This document shows, piece by piece, positions 49,336 to 55,119 of a stretch of DNA of 55,119 nucleotides. The notes under the pieces were generated by a model. It was not told the DNA's origin. It made no database searches and saw nothing but the letters and a program-made list of their open reading frames with translations. Location: positions 1 to 55,119 of IMG/VR virus record IMGVR_UViG_3300045922_000467; one strand, written 5' to 3'. The translations under genes and the position numbers were made by a program. The stretch's first letter is position 1. Each line of letters opens with the position of its first letter. This stretch comes from a virus (Duplodnaviria; Caudoviricetes).

Positions 49336-49841
49336 TTCTCCTCAGGTGTGATGTTGTTGAGAAAATCGGAGACTCTCGGGGCTTCGGGGTTAACCGGATG
49401 TTCGATGCGGCGGATAATTTCGAACTGCTCCTGTAGCGCCCATGATAAGTAGACGATGTCGGGGGTGCCGTTTTCCGGGGCATCATCCGGATAAGGTGGT
49501 TCCGTGCAGGTGTGCTCCACGTCGTCGATATTTTCGCCGATCCGAACGAACACCGTGGGAAACCCGGCCTCCTCGGCAAAGTGCAGGAGCTTGTTAGAAG
49601 CCTGCACATCCAGATAGCCTTCGTACCATTTGACGCTCTCCCAAAAGGCAGTCAGCATGACGCCCTTCGCGATCTGGCCCCCGAGGCCCGCCTTGTAGTC
49701 GATATCTTGCACCCCGTAGTGGTCGTTCATTTCATGGACGACATCGGTCTCACCACTGAGTGTCAGCTTCGCCATGAACTTGACCAAGTCCTCGGCGCGG
49801 AGAAACCCGATGCCGATCGCCACATCAGATCGATACCCCAT
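49332..49841 (-). CDS. Conserved phage hypothetical protein (MGYRSDV...KWY...RIGE)
   Basis: GAGGAGG RBS; recognisable motif pattern. Confidence 0.75.
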   Translation of the reverse strand: MGYRSDVAIGIGFLRAEDLVKFMAKLTLSGETDVVHEMNDHYGVQDIDYKAGLGGQIAKGVMLTAFWESVKWYEGYLDVQASNKLLHFAEEAGFPTVFVRIGENIDDVEHTCTEPPYPDDAPENGTPDIVYLSWALQEQFEIIRRIEHPVNPEAPRVSDFLNNITPEEK

Positions 49842-49869
49842 GTTAGTTACCTCCTCTAATTCATCGAGA

Positions 49870-50253
49870 TCACAGAAGCGGCGGTTGGCTGTTGTCGCCA
49901 TCCGAGTCGGTTGCCAGACAGAGTACCTCGATGGTGTCGCTGCCCGTGATCTGGGTGACAGAGTTGCCAGCGCCCCAGATGTTGACCAGATACGACGACA
50001 GCGCCGCTCGAACCCGATCAGCATCAAACGGGGCGGTGTTCACGACACGGACTTCACCGGGCTGCATTCCCTGGATCTGCGGCCTGTAGACGGCGGCCAG
50101 CTCTCCGGACTTGGCCCTTGGGGACTTCACATGGTGGGTGAACTCCCCTTCCATCAGCGGCTCTCCCTCGGGGGGGACGATCATGAACTGACATTTGAGA
50201 TTGCGGAGTTGCATCGCGATCTGCGTGATCGCTCGGGTGCGGATATTCATCAC
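49870..50253 (-). CDS. Hypothetical protein, 127 aa
   Basis: GGAGAAC RBS. Confidence 0.7.
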   Translation of the reverse strand: MMNIRTRAITQIAMQLRNLKCQFMIVPPEGEPLMEGEFTHHVKSPRAKSGELAAVYRPQIQGMQPGEVRVVNTAPFDADRVRAALSSYLVNIWGAGNSVTQITGSDTIEVLCLATDSDGDNSQPPLL

Positions 50254-50267
50254 TGTTCTCCCTTGGG

Positions 50268-51122
50268 TTAGGCGGCTGCCATGAACGGAGCCATGGCATC
50301 CAGGATTGCCTGCGCATCATCGGCCACCGATTGGCGAACCGTCGTGTAGTCACGCAGGGTCTGCGGATCGCAGATCAGTTTGTCCTCAACCTCGCGGCGC
50401 ATCGCTTCCAGGTTGGGGTCGTCGGTCAAGTTAAGTCGGGGAAGCAGATCGATCAGCTCAGCGATGTTCTCGACGAGGCTGTTCCGGAACTGGGCTTCGG
50501 GGTCCTTGAGACGTTCTGCCATCTTGGAGACCCGGTCATAGAGACGCTTCCACACATCGCGAACGGCGAGGGCCTGCGCCTCAGCGACCTGCTCCGTGAT
50601 CTGCTTCTGGATGCGCTCCATCTGCTCCGACGAGAGATGCACCCGGAAGTCCTGCGCCGAAGGAACCGGCAACACGGTCATGGTGATCCTGAACCGCCGG
50701 CGAATGTCGGTGACATCGGGGTAGTCCTCGCTCTTGAACATCGCTCCAAGCGTGTTCTGCGCTTCATGAACGAGACGGGGGTATTCGTGGACAAACCGAT
50801 CAACGAGGTTCTCCCACTCCGACTTGTGGAGGTCAAACTGCCGGGTAAACTCCAGAAAGTTTGCAGTCGGCAAGATCATCTGACCGTCCATGCCCCACGG
50901 GAGGGTCTGTTCGTAGAACCAGGTCCGGATGGCAGATGTCTTGGAGACGACGTCCCGGAGATAGTCGTTGGCCGGAAGCAGCGACTTGTTGTAGCGACCG
51001 ACCGTCTCATCGACGTTCTTGCTGCGGGCAACCTCCTTGGACACTTCCCGGTCAAACCGCCGTGCCGTCCACTGGCTGATGCCGAGGTGAACAAGCACCG
51101 CACGTTCATTGAGCTGAACCAT
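50268..51122 (-). CDS. DUF3150-like protein
   Basis: 'ISQWTARRFD', 'TLPW', 'DYP', 'RLNLTDDPNL'; adjacent to the AAA and VWA genes. Confidence 0.75.
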   Translation of the reverse strand: MVQLNERAVLVHLGISQWTARRFDREVSKEVARSKNVDETVGRYNKSLLPANDYLRDVVSKTSAIRTWFYEQTLPWGMDGQMILPTANFLEFTRQFDLHKSEWENLVDRFVHEYPRLVHEAQNTLGAMFKSEDYPDVTDIRRRFRITMTVLPVPSAQDFRVHLSSEQMERIQKQITEQVAEAQALAVRDVWKRLYDRVSKMAERLKDPEAQFRNSLVENIAELIDLLPRLNLTDDPNLEAMRREVEDKLICDPQTLRDYTTVRQSVADDAQAILDAMAPFMAAA

Positions 51123-51170
51123 TTTCTCTCTCCTCTCTGTGGTTAACTGTTGAACCCGAAAAACCGAATG

Positions 51171-51380
51171 TCAGTCATCCCCTCGCGTCCTCTCGATGAC
51201 GGCTCCCAGGGGTATCTGACACCACAACGCCGCCACCGTGATGACGGCAAAGATGATGGCCAGCGGGGTGTCGTTCATCCACACCAAGGCGTAGATCTCG
51301 CACCCCGCCGTGGTCAATGCGAACACCGCCAGCCAGAACTTCAAGAAATACAGCAGCATGAGGTTCTCCTTCCTGTTCAT
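51171..51380 (-). CDS. Small membrane protein with two TM segments
   Basis: Two hydrophobic helices; start 51380 or 51359. Confidence 0.65.
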   Translation of the reverse strand: MNRKENLMLLYFLKFWLAVFALTTAGCEIYALVWMNDTPLAIIFAVITVAALWCQIPLGAVIERTRGDD

Positions 51381-51389
51381 CCCACCCTC

Positions 51390-51770
51390 CTAGAATTGGC
51401 TGGAAAACTCGACGCACCCGAGGTCGTCGATATCTTCGAGATAGCCGCCGAACGCGGTCAGCGCCCCGGTCTCCATGTCGAGAACCACAACCCCGGCGTC
51501 GCCGTGGGAGAAATGCCCAAGGTCGACCGGATCCAGACTGTCCGGACCCTCAATAAGGCCCATCGACAGGGTGCCGGGTCTCGCAGCATGGATCACCCCG
51601 CATATCCGGGCCGAAGCATAGGACGCATCTCCGCGCCTCATGAACTTGCCGGCATCCTTGAGGAGCGGGATCACATCCCCTCCCAACCAGTGGAAATAGA
51701 TCGCCGCGAAAAACGGCTTCCTGGTTTTGTTGTTGGTCTCGGTGAGAACGACGATCACACGGTCACCCAT
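51390..51770 (-). CDS. Phage hypothetical protein, 126 aa (MGDR...YFHW)
   Basis: AGGAG RBS (also the ribozyme pseudoknot strand) 8 nt before ATG 51770. Confidence 0.8.
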   Translation of the reverse strand: MGDRVIVVLTETNNKTRKPFFAAIYFHWLGGDVIPLLKDAGKFMRRGDASYASARICGVIHAARPGTLSMGLIEGPDSLDPVDLGHFSHGDAGVVVLDMETGALTAFGGYLEDIDDLGCVEFSSQF

Positions 51771-51778
51771 ATCACACT

Positions 51779-51842
51779 CTCCTGGCTCATCAGGCAGCGG
51801 GAGGAACCCCGCCACGACACCGGGTTTCCCCGGTGTTTCGCC
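51779..51842 (-). ncRNA. Type II hammerhead ribozyme
   Basis: GGC GAAAC ACCGGG-GAAA-CCCGGT GTC^ GTGGCGGG-GTTCCT-CCCGCTGC CTGATGA GCC AGGAG; exact core, three stems, loop I/3' tail pseudoknot. Confidence 0.92.
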
Positions 51843-52838
51843 TCACCACAACAGGTTCCCGTTCTTCATGGCGAACTGGGCGAACGCCGACGTGTCACAG
51901 AGCGACTGGTCCCGCCGAACTGCCATGGAGACGGTGAGAACGGTGAACTCTCCCGGCATTCGCTCACCGTATCGCAGGATGCTGCCCAAGTTCTGCTGGG
52001 TAACACGGGCCGCCAGAGCCCCGGACAGGGCGTAGAGCGTCGCCGGGTCATCCGGAACCGGGCTGTTGTCCGGGTCAAGAATGATCCGGTCGATGTTGGG
52101 GAGCTTGTTGACGATCCTCATGAACCCGAGGAACTCGGCGGCAGCCCCCTCACCAATGGACCCGGAGTAGAACTCCATCTCGAATGCAGGGTCGATCTTC
52201 CCGATGAACGGGGCGACGCCCTCCGACCACGAACGACACGTCGGGTTCACTTCCCGCTGTGGGTCGAAGTCGTTCAGAAGGGCCGGCCTGTATCGGAAGA
52301 ACGACACCAGCGACGTCGGGACGTTGTTTGCCAATGCCCAGCTGGACCAATCGTCGAGATGCACATCGAGCGTCACCACGGTCTCACGGTTCCGCAGATG
52401 CGACAGCACCTTGTTGGACCCTGCTCGGTCAGACACCCGGTTCCCGGTCGAGATCACTCGCCAGCCGTCAGCCAGAGGAACACCGTGGAGGGTCCTTGCC
52501 TGGCAGATGTTGGCCATGACTTTCTGCAGATCGGGTGAACACTGGTTGCGGTCATCGAACAACAGGATGCCGCCCCTCTCGGTCCCGGGCTTCCCCTGGT
52601 AGGGGAACCACTCCGGCATCTTGTATCCGAAACTCGTGTCGCTGGTCATCATGTCGGGGACACCGAAATCCTCGACGACCATCGTCGGCATGTGCCGGGT
52701 GATGACGGGGATCCCCATCTCCTGGCCGGCCTCCTCCACGAGGGAGGTCTTGCCGACACCCGGCGGCCCCTCGATGCAGAGGGTGCGGAGGGAGGGGTGG
52801 GTATCAACGATCAGTTTCTTGAGGTTGGCGGGTCGCAT
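51843..52838 (-). CDS. MoxR-like AAA+ ATPase
   Basis: Walker A GPPGVGKT, Walker B LLFDD, STGN, LRNR arginine finger, PTCRSW. Confidence 0.9.
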   Translation of the reverse strand: MRPANLKKLIVDTHPSLRTLCIEGPPGVGKTSLVEEAGQEMGIPVITRHMPTMVVEDFGVPDMMTSDTSFGYKMPEWFPYQGKPGTERGGILLFDDRNQCSPDLQKVMANICQARTLHGVPLADGWRVISTGNRVSDRAGSNKVLSHLRNRETVVTLDVHLDDWSSWALANNVPTSLVSFFRYRPALLNDFDPQREVNPTCRSWSEGVAPFIGKIDPAFEMEFYSGSIGEGAAAEFLGFMRIVNKLPNIDRIILDPDNSPVPDDPATLYALSGALAARVTQQNLGSILRYGERMPGEFTVLTVSMAVRRDQSLCDTSAFAQFAMKNGNLLW

Positions 52839-52840
52839 AT

Positions 52841-53047
52841 TCAGTTCTCCTGGGAGTTGTCTGCGAACGGCTTCCGACCAAACTCCCGATGGTCAGGGCC
52901 GAGGTGAACCACGATCTCGTCACCAGTGAGTGACCGCAGGGCATCACGGGACGCCTTGGCTTCGGTCTTGGCGGCAAAATAGTGGCGCTGACCGTTCACA
53001 AGGTAGCTCCTTGTGGTGCGGTCATACAGCTGGAACAGGCGTCTCAT
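52841..53047 (-). CDS. Conserved small phage protein (YF..K.EAK..RD...GPDH)
   Basis: ATGA coupling; motif pattern. Confidence 0.75.
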   Translation of the reverse strand: MRRLFQLYDRTTRSYLVNGQRHYFAAKTEAKASRDALRSLTGDEIVVHLGPDHREFGRKPFADNSQEN

Positions 53048-53331
53048 GGCATCACCACCGGATGGTCGACCTGACAGAGGGCCACCTCAGCTTCAATAGT
53101 CGCCACACGGTAGGTTACCTCTCCAGAGGACCCATACTGGCTGAGCCTCACGAAAAGACACCCACGTTCAACGGCAGTGAAGGTCTGGTCGTGCAGATAC
53201 CACACCGGAACCCGGAAACCGGGGGCACCACTGGCAGGGCAGCAGTGAATTGATTCACCACAATACCTCAGCCAAGCATTGACGGTTCCGGGGACAGGGT
53301 ATTCCCCGGTGTAGATTTTCTTCGTCCTCAT
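53044..53331 (-). CDS. Hypothetical protein, 95 aa
   Basis: AAGGAG RBS before ATG 53331. Confidence 0.65.
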   Translation of the reverse strand: MRTKKIYTGEYPVPGTVNAWLRYCGESIHCCPASGAPGFRVPVWYLHDQTFTAVERGCLFVRLSQYGSSGEVTYRVATIEAEVALCQVDHPVVMP

Positions 53332-53353
53332 GGCGGTCACTCCTTGGTTGGGG

Positions 53354-53698
53354 TCAGGCGAAGGGCCGGCCATGCCGGGCAGAGGGGTTCAGCGACGGAC
53401 CCTTTCTGGGGTCCAGAGCAACCAGGGTGTAGGAGTCCCGGTTGTACTGGATCCGAATATGGGTGAACCCATACTGCCGCAACGTGGGGCGGTCGTTCAT
53501 GGTGACGAAACTCCCGCAGAAGATGTCGTCGAGAGCGACATGCTCATGGCCGACGACAAAATCATAGACGGCGTCCTCAGGAGAGAGATACCGGTTGTAA
53601 CGGGGTCTCACAGTGAGAGCCTTATACCGGCCCTCATTCGAGAGGTCGTGCCAGTGGCGGCCGAGATCACGGAAGCTATTATATGTGGTTGCCTTCAT
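53354..53698 (-). CDS. First gene of the early operon, hypothetical, 114 aa
   Basis: GGAGG RBS; downstream of a consensus promoter. Confidence 0.7.
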   Translation of the reverse strand: MKATTYNSFRDLGRHWHDLSNEGRYKALTVRPRYNRYLSPEDAVYDFVVGHEHVALDDIFCGSFVTMNDRPTLRQYGFTHIRIQYNRDSYTLVALDPRKGPSLNPSARHGRPFA

Positions 53699-53783
53699 AG
53701 GTGTATACCTCCAGCTGTGAGTGTATACGATTAGTCGTATACACCAGAGTGTAACCACCACTCCAGGGGTGTGGCGGACGGCC

Positions 53784-53813
53784 ATTGTAGCACCGCCCGC
53801 CGGCGGCTGTCAA
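53784..53813 (-). promoter_or_regulatory. Strong sigma70 early promoter
   Basis: TTGACA-N18-TACAAT with extended -10 TG. Confidence 0.85.
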
Positions 53814-53859
53814 CCCTGGGGGGTAGGGGGGCGGGGCGATTTGGCGGCGGCACGAGGAT

Positions 53860-54460
53860 ATGTATACACGTTTTCGGTGTTAGGAGGGGGGTTCTGGATA
53901 GTAACGTATACAAATACGGGGGTTTTTGAATACTCCTACACGTTTTTTGACCCCCTATTTGTATACTTTCGTGTTACATTTGTATTCAATTTTTGTATCC
54001 GTTTATGAGAAATCAAGGACTTGCGCGGAAAAAACTATCAAACGTTACACTATCTGGTGAAAATCTAGGGGCGCTGGATTTCACGGGGCTGCGGGGCTGT
54101 ATACGTATACTGTATACGTATACTGTATTCAGTTTACATTTGGGTCCCCCTATATAGTGTATAAAAAAATGTATACACATATAGTTGATAAAAATGAGAC
54201 CTCGAAACCAGGTTAGGAGTTACAACCTAACCCCATGGTTTTATTGCGCTTTCGCCCCAAATGGATACACTTTTTGAATACAAGTAATACAGTTTTTGTA
54301 TACAAATGTAAACAACGAGCTTGTTTCGTTTTGTGCGCTGCACAATAGTCTCAAACCGGACCTACCGTCTGTAAGACGCTGATTTTCCCAGATATTTTTT
54401 AGCGCTACAGTTTGATAGCAACGTATACAAATGTAAACAGTCAACGATTATAAGGACTTG
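53860..54460. other. AT-rich non-coding repeat region, candidate origin of replication
   Basis: 10 GTATAC palindromes, a 17-bp direct repeat GTATACAAATGTAAACA (54298, 54423), an exact IHF consensus at 54011-54023. Confidence 0.6.
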
Positions 54461-54633
54461 CGCCGAGGGCCCCGGGTGTTGCGGTGCAGCATGACCAGGG
54501 GGCAATGACCCCCCGAGCCAATACTTCTAGGATATCAGGTGCTTAGGGGCGGCGGACCCGGGTGTCGCGTGCCATGACCCCCCGACGAATAGGAGGAGCG
54601 CAGCGACGGAACCGCGCGCCCGCGTCCGCACCC

Positions 54634-54682
54634 GCGCCCTGCGCCCTGCGCCCTGCGCCCTGCGCCCTGCGCCCTGCGCCCT
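54634..54682. repeat. Microsatellite (GCGCCCT)7
   Basis: Seven perfect heptamer units. Confidence 0.95.
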
Positions 54683-54695
54683 GAATCGCGGGCAC

Positions 54696-54727
54696 AAAAA
54701 ACCCGCCCCGGATTGCTCCGGGGCGGG
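54696..54727 (-). terminator. Intrinsic terminator with GCAA loop
   Basis: CCCGCCCCGGA-GCAA-TCCGGGGCGGG-TTTTTT after the stop at 54744. Confidence 0.85.
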
Positions 54728-54743
54728 CAGTGAGGGCGGGCTG

Positions 54744-55073
54744 TTAAACCCGCCGTAAGGTGGCAGATGGCAGCCTCGCGGGCTTCCGGCGGCCGACTGG
54801 TTCAACCGTCACGGATACCGTGGCGGCGCCCATCGGCGCGACCGGCGTTCCAGCGAGTCCCCGGATTGCCCGCCCCAACTCCCACAGGATGGTATCCATG
54901 GGAGCCGGAAGAGGGATTGGCTCCGGTTCCGGATACTCTCGCACCACCACAGACCGGTTGTGCTTCCGGCATTCCGCGATATCGCGGAAATACAGGAACT
55001 CACTAACCATGAAAGTTGGTGGGTTGTCCGATATCAGGATGTTGATGCCGGCGGGGATATTGGTTTCAGTCAT
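54744..55073 (-). CDS. Hypothetical early protein, 109 aa
   Basis: GGGAG RBS; followed by a terminator. Confidence 0.65.
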   Translation of the reverse strand: MTETNIPAGINILISDNPPTFMVSEFLYFRDIAECRKHNRSVVVREYPEPEPIPLPAPMDTILWELGRAIRGLAGTPVAPMGAATVSVTVEPVGRRKPARLPSATLRRV

Positions 55074-55086
55074 GCTTGTCACTCCC

Positions 55087-55116
55087 AAAAAGTGGCGGGG
55101 CGGCGAAAGCCGCCCC
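55087..55116 (-). terminator. Terminator-like hairpin directly upstream of the RBS of 54744-55073
   Basis: GGGGCGGC-TTTC-GCCGCCCC-GCCAC-TTTTT. Confidence 0.5.
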
Positions 55117-55119
55117 CCC

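Overview
The window looks like an essentially complete, probably circularly permuted, ~55 kb GC-rich lytic podovirus-type tailed phage genome. No integrase or clear repressor was seen. The + strand (1909-34209) carries packaging and virion genes: terminase subunits, portal, scaffold, major capsid, adaptor/tail/fibre proteins, a lysis cassette, and ejection proteins including a lytic transglycosylase and a 2608-aa giant protein. The - strand (34206-55073, continuing into 42-1246) carries replication and early genes: AEP primase-DUF927 helicase, SNF2-like helicase, VRR-NUC, PD-(D/E)XK exonuclease, RNase H, family A DNA polymerase, and an AAA+ ATPase/DUF3150-like/metallopeptidase-VWA module. The most notable signals are non-coding. 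(1) A type II hammerhead ribozyme with an exact catalytic core (51779-51842, -) lies inside the early operon, and its predicted pseudoknot uses the Shine-Dalgarno of the next gene. (2) A 76-nt tRNA-like gene with a Ser(GCT) anticodon on a short-arm, Ile-like body has its own promoter. (3) A duplicated, covarying three-hairpin leader sits within a modular cassette of IHF-like site, ATGACCCCCCG box, G3 microsatellite and terminator around the genome junction. (4) A structured ~110-nt RNA lies ahead of the DNA polymerase. (5) An AT-rich, origin-like region is dense in GTATAC. All family assignments come from motif recognition by eye, not from database searches.
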